Source of the DNA: Sinorhizobium meliloti
GTDB taxonomy: Bacteria > Pseudomonadota > Alphaproteobacteria > Rhizobiales > Rhizobiaceae
Direction: 5' to 3'
DNA length: 32,000 bases
NCBI RefSeq assembly: GCF_017876815.1
Contig: NZ_JAGIOS010000003.1
Coordinates: forward strand, 930,001-962,000
In this document: one piece after another, positions 8,359 to 17,016 of the stretch
Position numbering within the stretch: position 1 is the stretch's first letter
Layout of the letters: the number at the start of each line of letters is the position of its first letter
The notes under the pieces: model-generated
The model's database searches: none
The model's input: the letters and a program-made list of their open reading frames with translations, nothing else
Told to the model about the DNA's origin: nothing
Program-made: the position numbers and the translations under genes

Positions 8359-9373
8359 TCGTTTTCTGGCGCTGTCAAAAGACGACAGGCGTGAGGCCTT
8401 GGCTGTCGCAGCCGCCCGCACTGGACGGCCCATTCATCTGCTGGAAAAGGATGTCTGGGTCGTCTGGACACTCGAGACGCTCTACTCGTCAAAACTTGGC
8501 GAGCACCTGGTGTTCAAGGGTGGCACCTCGCTCTCGAAAGCCTATGGCGCCATTCGACGGTTTTCGGAAGACATCGATCTGACTTACGATATCCGGGCTT
8601 TGGCTCCCGATCTTGTCGGTGACAATGACGAGGCACTGCCGAAAACCCGTAGCGAGGAGAAGCGCTGGACCAGCGAAGTGCGAAAGCGCCTTCCTGTCTG
8701 GGTGGCCGAGTCGGTGGAGCCGGTCATTGCAGCGGCAGTGCGCGGCCAATCCCTTCCCGCACGGATCCGCATCGAGGGCGATACGCTCTATCTCGACTAC
8801 GAAGCCGTGAGCAGCGGATCAGGTTATGTCGCACCGAGCGTCATGCTTGAGTTCGGAGCACGATCGACCGGTGAGCCGGCCAGCATCCGCGATGTGGGTT
8901 GCGACGCCGCGGGTCATGTCGATGGTGTTGAATTCCCGAAGGCAAGCCCACGCGTCATGCATGCCGAGCGGACATTCTGGGAGAAGGCGACCGCGATCCA
9001 CGTCTTCTGCCTGCAGGAGCGCCTCCGCGGCGATCGGTTCGCGCGCCACTGGCATGACGTCGTCCGGCTGGACGATGCCGGTTTTGCCGACAAGGCTTTT
9101 GCTGAACGGCAGCTTGCCAATGCGGTGGCTAAACACAAATCCATGTTCTTTGCGGAAAAGGCGGCCGACCGGTCACCGATCGACTACGCCGCAGCCGTCG
9201 ACGGTCATCTGGTTCTGACACCGTCCGGAGATGGTCTCCGCGCGCTCAGTGAGGACTATGCAAAAATGGTCGACGACGGCCTTCTGCTTGGGGATTCTGA
9301 ACCGTTTGAGCAGCTGATCGAGCGATGCGCGCTCATTCAGGAGCGGGCAAATAAGGTCGGTACGACAGAATAG
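8351..9373 (+). CDS. nucleotidyltransferase AbiEii/AbiGii-family toxin (DUF1814, 340 aa)
   Basis: The NTase signature FKGGTSLSKAY...RFSEDIDL is present. The start is nested in the antitoxin stop (ATGGCTGA), and the size is typical. Confidence 0.9.
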   Translation: MADRFLALSKDDRREALAVAAARTGRPIHLLEKDVWVVWTLETLYSSKLGEHLVFKGGTSLSKAYGAIRRFSEDIDLTYDIRALAPDLVGDNDEALPKTRSEEKRWTSEVRKRLPVWVAESVEPVIAAAVRGQSLPARIRIEGDTLYLDYEAVSSGSGYVAPSVMLEFGARSTGEPASIRDVGCDAAGHVDGVEFPKASPRVMHAERTFWEKATAIHVFCLQERLRGDRFARHWHDVVRLDDAGFADKAFAERQLANAVAKHKSMFFAEKAADRSPIDYAAAVDGHLVLTPSGDGLRALSEDYAKMVDDGLLLGDSEPFEQLIERCALIQERANKVGTTE

Positions 9374-9404
9374 TCGTAATCGTAGGCGGCAGCTTCGCCA
9401 TGTC

Positions 9405-9536
9405 TCAATGTTTGCGGTCGCCCTTGTCACCCTGGCCGGGCTTGGCATCGTGTTTCGCATCTCGGCGGGCATCGGCCGACAGCGACCGCGAGACGTCGTC
9501 GCTCTCCTTGAACTTGCCCTCCTTGGCGACGGACAT
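9405..9536 (-). CDS. possible small hydrophilic protein (43 aa), stress-protein-like composition
   Basis: My own translation, since the ORF is below the track cutoff: MSVAKEGKFKESDDVSRSLSADARRDAKHDAKPGQGDKGDRKH. Third-position GC is high, as in neighbouring genes. No convincing SD. Confidence 0.3.
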   Translation of the reverse strand: MSVAKEGKFKESDDVSRSLSADARRDAKHDAKPGQGDKGDRKH

Positions 9537-9666
9537 AGCGTTTGTCGGTCAGCGCACTGCCGCCAATGCTAACCGCGGCGTCGGCCGCCAGAAGGCAGCC
9601 AAGCCCGCGGCGAAAGCAAAGCAGGCCCAGGCGCCGGCGCGGCGAGCCAGTTGATCGGAGGTCGCC

Positions 9667-10473
9667 ATGGCCCTGCGTTCCTATTGGAAAGGCTATCTCA
9701 AACTCTCGCTCGTCACCTGTCCGGTGCAGATGATGCCGGCGACCTCCGAAAGCGAGAAGGTCCGCTTTCATACCCTCAATCGCCAGACCCAAAACCGCGT
9801 CGTCAGCCACTACGTCGACTCCGTGACCGGCAAGGAGGTCAAGGAAGAGGATGAGGTGAAGGGCTATCAGCGAGGGGAGCACGAATACGTTATTCTCGAA
9901 GACGAGGAGCTTGAGAACGTTGCTCTCGAAAGGACCAAGACGATCGACATCTCCACATTCACGCCGCGCGATAGCATAGAGTGGATCTGGCTCGACACAC
10001 CCTATTATCTCTCGCCCAACGATCCTGTCGGACAGGAGGCATTTTCCGTGATCCGCGACGCGATGGAGGCGCAGAACATGGTCGGCATATCCCGGCTAGT
10101 GATCTCACGCCGCGAGCGTGCCGTCATGCTCGAGCCACGTGGTAAGGGTATCGTTCTGTGGACGCTGCGCTACGGAGACGAAGTTCGCGATGAAGACAGC
10201 TATTTCGAGGCGATCGGCGATGAACGGGCCGATTCCGAGATGATGCCGCTCGTCCAGCAGTTGATCAAAAAGCAGACCAAGGACTGGACCCCGAAAATGG
10301 TCCCCGACCCGGTCCAGGAGCGGCTGCTCGAAATCATCGCAGCCAAGAAGAAGGCGTTGAAGCCGCAGAAGGCCCAGGGCAAGACAGCACCTTCGTCGTC
10401 GCCGAGCAATGTTGTCAGCATCATGGATGCCTTGCGGAAATCAGTCGCGGCTGAGAAACGGGCGACCAAATGA
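9667..10473 (+). CDS. ku: Ku protein (NHEJ DNA end-binding), 268 aa
   Basis: GGAGG lies 5 nt upstream of the start. The canonical bacterial Ku N-terminus (RSYWKGYLKLSLVTCPV) is present, with a Lys-rich C-terminal tail. The stop overlaps the ligase start (ATGA). Confidence 0.95.
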   Translation: MALRSYWKGYLKLSLVTCPVQMMPATSESEKVRFHTLNRQTQNRVVSHYVDSVTGKEVKEEDEVKGYQRGEHEYVILEDEELENVALERTKTIDISTFTPRDSIEWIWLDTPYYLSPNDPVGQEAFSVIRDAMEAQNMVGISRLVISRRERAVMLEPRGKGIVLWTLRYGDEVRDEDSYFEAIGDERADSEMMPLVQQLIKKQTKDWTPKMVPDPVQERLLEIIAAKKKALKPQKAQGKTAPSSSPSNVVSIMDALRKSVAAEKRATK

Positions 10474-11414
10474 GCCGTCGTGCCAAACCTTTGCTGCAGG
10501 ACGATTCCGTCGCCAAGTCCAAACCGGCCCGGCCGCGCGATCCGGCACAACCCAATCTTCCGTTCGACCCGATGCCCGAGCGCATCGAGCCGTGCCTGGC
10601 GCTCCTGAAGCCGGTCCCGCCGAAAGGCCCGGATTGGGTGTTCGAGGTGAAGTGGGACGGCTATCGCCTGGCAATCCATATCGAGCCGAAAGGTGTCAGG
10701 ATCATCACTCGCGGCGGTCACGACTGGACGCATCATTTCCCGGCAATCGCCGAGGCCACCAGCAAGCTCGGTGTCGGGACCGCGATCCTCGATGGCGAGG
10801 CCGTCGTGCTCGATGAGGAAGGACGGTCCGATTTCGGGGCGCTGCAGCGCTCGCTCGGCGGACGCGGTGGCAAGCGTTCGTCGACGGAGTCGGTGTTTTT
10901 CGCTTTCGACCTGCTCTATTTCGATGGCCACGACCTGTCGGGCACCGAACTCTCCGTGCGCCGGCATCTGCTTGAGGGCTTTCTCGACGGCCCCACTGGC
11001 GCGATCCAGTCGTCCGAGGAAGTGTTCGGGGATGGCGCACTTCTCGAGAAGGCTTGCTCCATGGGCCTCGAGGGGATCATCGCCAAGCATCGGGATCGGC
11101 CCTATCGCTCCGGCCGCACCGGCGACTGGCTGAAGATAAAATGCCTCCAGAGCGAAAGCTTCATGATCGTCGGCTACGAGCAATCGCTGACCGCCCGCGG
11201 AGGGCTTGGCAGCCTGCTTCTCGCCGGTCGCAAAGGACATGACTGGATTTACGTTGGCTCCGTCGGAACCGGGTTTAATACGAAGGATGCCGAGTATTTG
11301 CGCAAGACGCTCGACCGGCTGAAGACAAGTAAACCGGCCGTGCCGCTCAAGGGCAAGAACCTGGTGTTCGCCCAGCCGACCTTGATCGCGGAGATCGAGT
11401 TTCGTGGCCCATGA
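10470..11414 (+). CDS. stand-alone ATP-dependent DNA ligase (LigD ligase-domain paralogue), 3' end frameshifted
   Basis: Motif I KWDGYR is present, with adenylation plus OB-fold order. The ORF ends ...IAEIEFRGP*. The expected C-terminus AHDGSLRHASYKSLREVQDNAAV... continues in another frame to the stop at 11503-11505. Confidence 0.9.
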   Translation: MSRRAKPLLQDDSVAKSKPARPRDPAQPNLPFDPMPERIEPCLALLKPVPPKGPDWVFEVKWDGYRLAIHIEPKGVRIITRGGHDWTHHFPAIAEATSKLGVGTAILDGEAVVLDEEGRSDFGALQRSLGGRGGKRSSTESVFFAFDLLYFDGHDLSGTELSVRRHLLEGFLDGPTGAIQSSEEVFGDGALLEKACSMGLEGIIAKHRDRPYRSGRTGDWLKIKCLQSESFMIVGYEQSLTARGGLGSLLLAGRKGHDWIYVGSVGTGFNTKDAEYLRKTLDRLKTSKPAVPLKGKNLVFAQPTLIAEIEFRGP

Positions 11415-11539
11415 CGGGAGCCTGCGCCACGCATCCTACAAGAGCCTTCGCGAGGTTCAGGACAATGCCGCGGTGTTTGACATGAGCGAACGGGCGACCC
11501 TCTGAAAGGCAGGGTGGCGAGCCGGCCACGAATGACTCG

Positions 11540-11752
11540 CTACCAGAGCTCCTCCTCGACCGCCTCTTTGATAGCGCCGACGATATAGTTGACGAGCCCG
11601 CCGCCGGCCGCGTCCACCAGCATGTCGCGGCTGATGCCCTCCTTCTCCGCATCAGCGAGAAGATCCTCAACCAGCCTCGCCGCGTCGCTCTGCTGCGTGC
11701 CGCTGTCGATATGCTCCGATTTCCAGCGTTCAAGGAATTGTTCAGGCTTCAT
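11540..11752 (-). CDS. DUF768-like small protein (70 aa)
   Basis: AGGAGG lies 7 nt upstream of the ATG at 11752. MKPEQFLERWKSEHI...LLADAEKEGISRDML... matches the rhizobial DUF768 pattern from memory. The longer 144-aa track ORF is not supported. Confidence 0.6.
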   Translation of the reverse strand: MKPEQFLERWKSEHIDSGTQQSDAARLVEDLLADAEKEGISRDMLVDAAGGGLVNYIVGAIKEAVEEELW

Positions 11753-11970
11753 AGCTTGGACCTCCTGACGTGGCGAACCCTTAGGAACGGAAATGGTTCT
11801 CAGTATGACGCCACCGAGCTTTAGGAAAACCCGACTGACAAAAGAACAGGGCGCTCGACCCTTGCGGGGAGCGCCCTGTCGGACCCGGACGACCGCGGCA
11901 GACAAGCTGCTCGGCAAGGCGATCATCGATACGGGTGGTGAGCGATAGATGATGGCCGGCTGCGCGCATT

Positions 11971-12489
11971 TCAAGGTCCGTCGACACGCTGGAGTTCGAA
12001 GAAATAGATCCGCTCGTCATTCCTGATGGACATCGCGCCCATGATCCTGTCCGCATGGATCCGCCGGAAGTGGTCGACGATCGGCTGGTGGTCATAGACC
12101 ATGGCCGCGCTCTCGACGCCGCCAAACACCATTGTCTTCAAGGAAGCGACCGGACCCTTCGCCCGCAGCCGGCGTTGCAGGTAGGAAAACAGGTTTCGCG
12201 CGACGCGCATCCTGCCAACTTCATGAAAACGCAACGCCAGCCGAAGCGGGATCCACTTCGGATCAATGGCAACCAGCCTCCGGTCCCCCGATCGAAACAG
12301 CAAGGCATCGACGCGCATGTCGGGCGTGAACCGTTTGCCGAACCAGCTGAGATTTTCGAGCACACCGTCGAATGGATGCCCCGTCGGGATGCCGTGTCCT
12401 TTCCACAGCCCGACCAGTTCGCGCGGCGCGATGGGCGGCAGGCTTCGGAACTCCTCAAGCGCTGTCTGCTGGTCTTTCACCGGGAGCAT
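11971..12489 (-). CDS. GXWXG / DUF4334 domain protein (172 aa)
   Basis: It has the GLWKG (GXWXG) motif followed by a DUF4334-like C-terminal half. Its start overlaps the upstream gene by 13 nt. Confidence 0.8.
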   Translation of the reverse strand: MLPVKDQQTALEEFRSLPPIAPRELVGLWKGHGIPTGHPFDGVLENLSWFGKRFTPDMRVDALLFRSGDRRLVAIDPKWIPLRLALRFHEVGRMRVARNLFSYLQRRLRAKGPVASLKTMVFGGVESAAMVYDHQPIVDHFRRIHADRIMGAMSIRNDERIYFFELQRVDGP

Positions 12490-13370
12490 TCTCCCTTCTC
12501 CTTGCGCTCTCTGGCCCGACGCCTGGACTGGGCGTCGCGCCGCGCGATCCGCAGTTCCCCCAGATCAGGTATCCACCAGCCCCGTTCGAGCTCGTGCTCG
12601 TTCGGCGGCGTTCGGGCAGGCCAGGTCGTCACCAGTTCTTCCAGGGAACCCAATCGCCACGACGCCCAGACATATTCCTCGCTATTTGCGGCGCGGAAGT
12701 AGAACGCGGTGACTGTCGCCGGATCGGCCAGCTCGCCGTCGGTGCCGAGGAAGAAGACCACGCCGACATGCGTGCCGATGGCGCGGTCGGAGGGCGGAGC
12801 ATCATCGGCAGGAACGGGATAGCGTTTCCGACGGCGCTCCCTCATCCTCGCCTTGGATGCCTCGTCTTGTTGCGTCCCCTTGATCGCCTCGCGCCGGGCC
12901 CGGCGTGCTTCCGGCTCACTGCGCTCGGCCGCCGCCTCGATCGTGGGCCATCGCCTCCGCAGTTCATCGAACGAGCGGTAAGGAACGGTCCATAGCCGGC
13001 GATCGGCGTCCCAGCGTGCGTGCGGAATTTCCCGGATCTCGTTGACGACCGTGCGTGAATAGGGCGTCTGGATCTGTAACGTGGCGGGCGTCGCCTCGAG
13101 ATAGCGACTTTCGATCGGATCGAAGGCGAATGCGTCCCTGCCCTTCTCATCAGCGAATCTATCGGCCTCCGCTTCCATCTCGGCCAGCCAGCGGCTGATG
13201 CGCTTCTCGGCAGTGCGACCCGGCACGAACCAGGCATTCAGTCTGTCGCTCCAGCGCGCCCGCGGGAACGCCTCCCGAAACCGCGCGAGCGTGATGCGGT
13301 CATGCGGCAGGTCGGTTGTCGCACCCACACGGGTGGAGGTGGAAGATTGGTCTTTCGTTTCTTCGTCCAT
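12477..13370 (-). CDS. hypothetical protein with internal tandem repeat (HARP-like?), 297 aa
   Basis: I chose the start at MDEETK (13370), which avoids overlap with ligD. The repeats ...FREAFPRARWSDRLNAWFVPGR... and ...IREIPHARWDADRRLWTVPYRS... are followed by an Arg/Lys-rich linker and an unassigned C-terminal domain. Confidence 0.7.
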   Translation of the reverse strand: MDEETKDQSSTSTRVGATTDLPHDRITLARFREAFPRARWSDRLNAWFVPGRTAEKRISRWLAEMEAEADRFADEKGRDAFAFDPIESRYLEATPATLQIQTPYSRTVVNEIREIPHARWDADRRLWTVPYRSFDELRRRWPTIEAAAERSEPEARRARREAIKGTQQDEASKARMRERRRKRYPVPADDAPPSDRAIGTHVGVVFFLGTDGELADPATVTAFYFRAANSEEYVWASWRLGSLEELVTTWPARTPPNEHELERGWWIPDLGELRIARRDAQSRRRARERKEKGECSR

Positions 13371-13401
13371 CGGCCATGGTCCGAGCCAGCACCCCTGGTG
13401 C

Positions 13402-16038
13402 TCACGCAGCCCGTCTTGATTTTCCGAGGCGCTTGATCGCCTGTTCGAGCGGCCGCTCGCCATCACAATAGTCTTGCCAGGCAGTGGTTTTCGCAAGCAG
13501 CGCCGGCACGGTGCGGACGGTAAACCGCTTCGGGTAGAGATCGGACTTCACCTGCGTCCAGTTGAGCGGCATCGAGACTGTGGCGCCGGGCCGTGCGCGC
13601 GGCGACAGTGGCGCCACGGCGGTCGCCATGCGGTCGTTGCGGAGATAATCGAGGAAGATCCTTCCGCCCCTGAGGCTCTTGCTCATCTTGATGAGATAAA
13701 GATCGGGATTATCGCGCGCCATTTGCTCGCAAACGTCATGCGCGAATCCCTTAGCCTCGGCCCATGACAAAGGCTTGCGCTTATTCACAGCGAATGGCGT
13801 GACGACATGCAATCCCTTCCCGCCGGTGGTCTTGCAGAAACTGACGAGGCCGAGCTCGTCGAGCCGGTCACGCATTTCCCGCGCGGCCGCGACCACTGTC
13901 GCAAACGGCACGTCGGGACCAGGATCGAGATCGAACACCAGACGGCCGGGCACTTCCGGCTTGCCGGGTTCGCAGTTCCACGGATGTAGTTCGATTCCGC
14001 CGATCTGGGCGATCGCCGCGAGCCCTTCGATCCGATCGATCTGAAGGTAGGGCTTCTTGTCCCCGAAGACTTTCACCAGTTTGAGCAGATTGGAGGTGCC
14101 TGGCATCGCATGGCGCTGGAAGAACTGCTCGCCGCCAATGCCGTCGGGCGCTCGAATGATCGAGCAGGGCCGGCCCTTGATGTGATCGATGAGCCAGGTT
14201 CCGACGGCTTCATGGTAGCGGACGAGATCTTCCTTGGTCACGGGTTCGCCATCGCCGGCGTCCGGCCAGAGTGGCTTGTCGGGACTGGAGATGAGGACGC
14301 CCATGACCTCGGCCTTGGCGCCCTTGCGCCGCACCGGTCTGGTCTTGACGGACGGCCCAGGCTCGGGCGTGTCGGTCTTGGCGGGCGGTGACGGCTTCTC
14401 GGCCTGGACCTCTTTCGCCGGCTTGTCCTCGCGCAGGCCTTTGAAGGCTGCCTTACGAACTAGGCCGTCGGCCGTCCAGCCGGCGAACTCGATCTCGGCA
14501 ACGAGCTCCGGTTTCAGCCAGGTGACTTCCTTCTCCTTTTTCGGCGCACCGATGCCGGTGAAGGGTGACTTCGATGCTTCCAACGCCTTCAGCTTGGGAA
14601 AGAACCGCTCGACCTTCGCGGCGCCGAAGCCCGTGCCGACCCGGCCGACATAGACGAAGTGATCGCCGCGGTGAACGCCGACCAGGAGAGATCGAAACTT
14701 GCCGTTGGTCGTAGCATAGCCACCGATCACCACCTCATGACCAGCCCGGCATTTCGACTTCGCCCAGGTGTCGGTGCGGCCCGATTGGTAGGGCGCATCC
14801 ATCTGCTTGGAGACGATACCTTCGAGCGACAGCTTGCAGGCGGAGCGAAGCACCGCGTCACCGCCGGATTCGAAGTGATCGACGTAGCGGATACGCGGAT
14901 CGTCGCTCCCGGCCGCGAGGAAGTCTCCGAGCCGCTTCTTCCGCTCGACCAATCGCATCGACCGCAAGTCCTCGCCGCCATCAAACAGCAGGTCGAAGGC
15001 GAAGTAGACAAGGTTGCCGGTCTTGCCTTCCGAGAGCGCGGCCTGGAGTGCTGCGAAATCGGGCGCGCCATTGTCGTCGAGGGCGCAGATTTCGCCATCA
15101 ATGATGCAATCGGGCAATTCGGACGCAGCATCGGCGATCTCTGGATATTTCGCGGTCCAGTCGAGACCCTTGCGCGTCTTCAGCGTCACCTTACCGTCGG
15201 CAACCCGCATCTGGATCCGATAACCGTCGAACTTGATCTCATGCAGCCAGTCGTCGCTGGCCGGCGGCCGCGCAAGCGTCTCGCAGAGCTGCGGCTCGAT
15301 AAAATCCGGCAGGTCGGCTGCCGTGGAGGTCGCGAGATCCCTGCGAGACCCCTTCTTGCGCTCTTCCGCTGCCAAGCCATGCTTGCTGTCCCAGACGGCA
15401 TCTGCCTCGACATCCGCGTTCGCCATCATGAACGGTCGCGGCTTGCGGCCCGTGCCCTCGGCGATCTGCTCCATGCTGCGGGCGGAGGCGATGGAAGTCG
15501 CGTTCTCCTCCAGGATTGCCGCGCCGTTCTCGTCAACGGAGTAATCGTCACGATGTTTGATGAGCAGCCAGTTGGTCCGCTTGCCGCCATCGCGATCGTT
15601 GCGCATCCGCACCAGGACGAAGCTGCCATGCAGCCGCTTGCCATGAAGCGTGAACTTGAAGTCGCCCTTCTTCAGGGCCTCTTCAGGCGACTTCCTACCT
15701 TCTGGCTCCCAATAGCCGCGGTCCCATAGCATGACCGTGCCGCCGCCATACTGGCCCTTTGGAATCGTGCCTTCGAAGTCGCCATAGTCGAGCGGGTGAT
15801 CTTCGACTTCGACGGCCAGTCGCTTGTCACTAGGATCGAGCGATGGGCCCTTGGTCAACGCCCAGCTCTTGAACACCCCGTCCAGTTCAAGCCGCAGATC
15901 ATAGTGAAGCCGGGTGGCGTCGTGCTTCTGGATCACGAACCGCCGGCGGTTCGACTGCTTGACCTGAGCCTCGCCGCTTGGTTCTCTGGTCTTCTTGAAA
16001 TCGCGCTTGGCACGGTATTTCGAAAGATTGTCAGCCAT
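13402..16038 (-). CDS. ligD: multifunctional NHEJ enzyme LigD (phosphoesterase - ligase - polymerase/primase), 878 aa
   Basis: The N-terminal 3'-phosphoesterase signature [18 protein letters not shown] is present. Ligase motif I (EIKFDGYR) falls near aa 269. The C-terminal Prim-Pol domain carries LVFDLDPG. Confidence 0.95.
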   Translation of the reverse strand: MADNLSKYRAKRDFKKTREPSGEAQVKQSNRRRFVIQKHDATRLHYDLRLELDGVFKSWALTKGPSLDPSDKRLAVEVEDHPLDYGDFEGTIPKGQYGGGTVMLWDRGYWEPEGRKSPEEALKKGDFKFTLHGKRLHGSFVLVRMRNDRDGGKRTNWLLIKHRDDYSVDENGAAILEENATSIASARSMEQIAEGTGRKPRPFMMANADVEADAVWDSKHGLAAEERKKGSRRDLATSTAADLPDFIEPQLCETLARPPASDDWLHEIKFDGYRIQMRVADGKVTLKTRKGLDWTAKYPEIADAASELPDCIIDGEICALDDNGAPDFAALQAALSEGKTGNLVYFAFDLLFDGGEDLRSMRLVERKKRLGDFLAAGSDDPRIRYVDHFESGGDAVLRSACKLSLEGIVSKQMDAPYQSGRTDTWAKSKCRAGHEVVIGGYATTNGKFRSLLVGVHRGDHFVYVGRVGTGFGAAKVERFFPKLKALEASKSPFTGIGAPKKEKEVTWLKPELVAEIEFAGWTADGLVRKAAFKGLREDKPAKEVQAEKPSPPAKTDTPEPGPSVKTRPVRRKGAKAEVMGVLISSPDKPLWPDAGDGEPVTKEDLVRYHEAVGTWLIDHIKGRPCSIIRAPDGIGGEQFFQRHAMPGTSNLLKLVKVFGDKKPYLQIDRIEGLAAIAQIGGIELHPWNCEPGKPEVPGRLVFDLDPGPDVPFATVVAAAREMRDRLDELGLVSFCKTTGGKGLHVVTPFAVNKRKPLSWAEAKGFAHDVCEQMARDNPDLYLIKMSKSLRGGRIFLDYLRNDRMATAVAPLSPRARPGATVSMPLNWTQVKSDLYPKRFTVRTVPALLAKTTAWQDYCDGERPLEQAIKRLGKSRRAA

Positions 16039-16333
16039 TGGTGTCGCGGACCCTTCCAGTGATACGAGGCGGTGTCTGCCTCCCGATCGTCGATGTTCAC
16101 AGATGACAACGCCGGCGGCGGCCCGTAGTTTCGCGGGGCACGTGGGTCCTGATCGGTCGAACAGTTGATATCGCGGTAAAGGCTGGTATGTTCCCTATTT
16201 GTTTTCGGCGCCCAGATCAGCTTCTTCATTTTGAGCGTATCGGCCACGATGATTATTCCTAATTCACGCCGAACTCGCTTACACGTTGCGGGTGCATGGG
16301 CATGTAGATCCATCTTACCAAGCAAACAAAGGG

Positions 16334-16358
16334 GGAACTGTTTGCGCCTCGCAGCGTT
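16334..16358 (+). promoter_or_regulatory. EcfG/RpoE2-type general stress response promoter (GGAAC-N16-CGTT, perfect match)
   Basis: The sequence ggaac tgtttgcgcctcgcag cgtt was read directly. The -10 element ends 30 nt upstream of the response-regulator ATG at 16389. Confidence 0.6.
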
Positions 16359-16388
16359 CGGCGAGATAGCATCGCGCGAGGATCTGGC

Positions 16389-16778
16389 ATGGAATCGGCT
16401 ACTATATTGCTTGCGGACGACGAAGCACTGCTCCTGATCGAGTTAGAAGGCGCGCTCGCAGATGCCGGGTTCCTCGTTCTAGCGGTAACCAGCGGCCTGA
16501 GGGCGATAGAACTCCTAAACTCTGCAGATTCCGAAATAGCAGGAGTGGTGACTGATATTCGGTTCGGTTCGTTCCCTGACGGCTGGGAGGTCGCGCGCGT
16601 AGCGCGAGAGAACGATGCGGATATGCCCATCGTTTATATCAGTGGACATGGCTCGCTTGACTGGCAGTCACAGGGTGTCTCGAACAGTCTCATGCTCGAG
16701 AAGCCGTTCCGCTTAGAACATTTAGTGGCGACAGTTTCTCAGCTGCTCGATGCCAGACCACCGTTGGGCTCAGCTTGA
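16389..16778 (+). CDS. single-domain response regulator (CheY-like receiver only, 129 aa)
   Basis: It has the acidic pocket LLADDE, the phospho-acceptor Asp in VVTDIRF, and then ISGHG and EKPF (conserved Lys). There is no output domain. Confidence 0.9.
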   Translation: MESATILLADDEALLLIELEGALADAGFLVLAVTSGLRAIELLNSADSEIAGVVTDIRFGSFPDGWEVARVARENDADMPIVYISGHGSLDWQSQGVSNSLMLEKPFRLEHLVATVSQLLDARPPLGSA

Positions 16779-16800
16779 TGGCCAAATCGAGAGTTCTTGT

Positions 16801-17004
16801 TCAGCCAACCTCCACCATCTGGCGCAATCGGTCCCGCTCACGCACGCCGGACAGGTAGATGGAAAATAGTGCTGTTGCGATCCGTGCAGCAGCTTCGCAG
16901 TCGCGGGGAAGCCCTTTGTCCGTGAGAATTTCGGTGAAAACTTCATCCAGTAATTTGATGCCATCAGGCAAAATCGTATTTGCCTGTTCGTAGTGCCTCA
17001 ACAT
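16801..17004 (-). CDS. hypothetical small protein (67 aa)
   Basis: GAGGAG lies 8 nt upstream of the ATG. The ORF is intact and convergent with the response regulator. No domain recognised. Confidence 0.5.
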   Translation of the reverse strand: MLRHYEQANTILPDGIKLLDEVFTEILTDKGLPRDCEAAARIATALFSIYLSGVRERDRLRQMVEVG

Positions 17005-17016
17005 CGCGCTAACTCC

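Noticed and set aside
7576-8433. Upstream part of the 332-aa minus-strand ORF (7435-8433)
   Set aside because: Only its last 46 codons (LLVFVHGFGGNALKT) look like real protein, namely the hydrolase N-terminus. The rest is antisense to abiEi and its promoter.
10200-11240. 346-aa minus-strand ORF opposite the ligase paralogue
   Set aside because: It is an antisense shadow ORF with no recognisable motifs.
12477-13496. Longer 339-aa version of the ligD-downstream ORF
   Set aside because: The extension would overlap ligD by about 95 nt in another frame. The internal start at 13370 removes the overlap.
14659-15729. 356-aa plus-strand ORF inside ligD
   Set aside because: It is antisense to a confidently identified gene, Arg/Ala/Gly-rich, and has no motif. 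This is a typical shadow ORF of GC-rich DNA.
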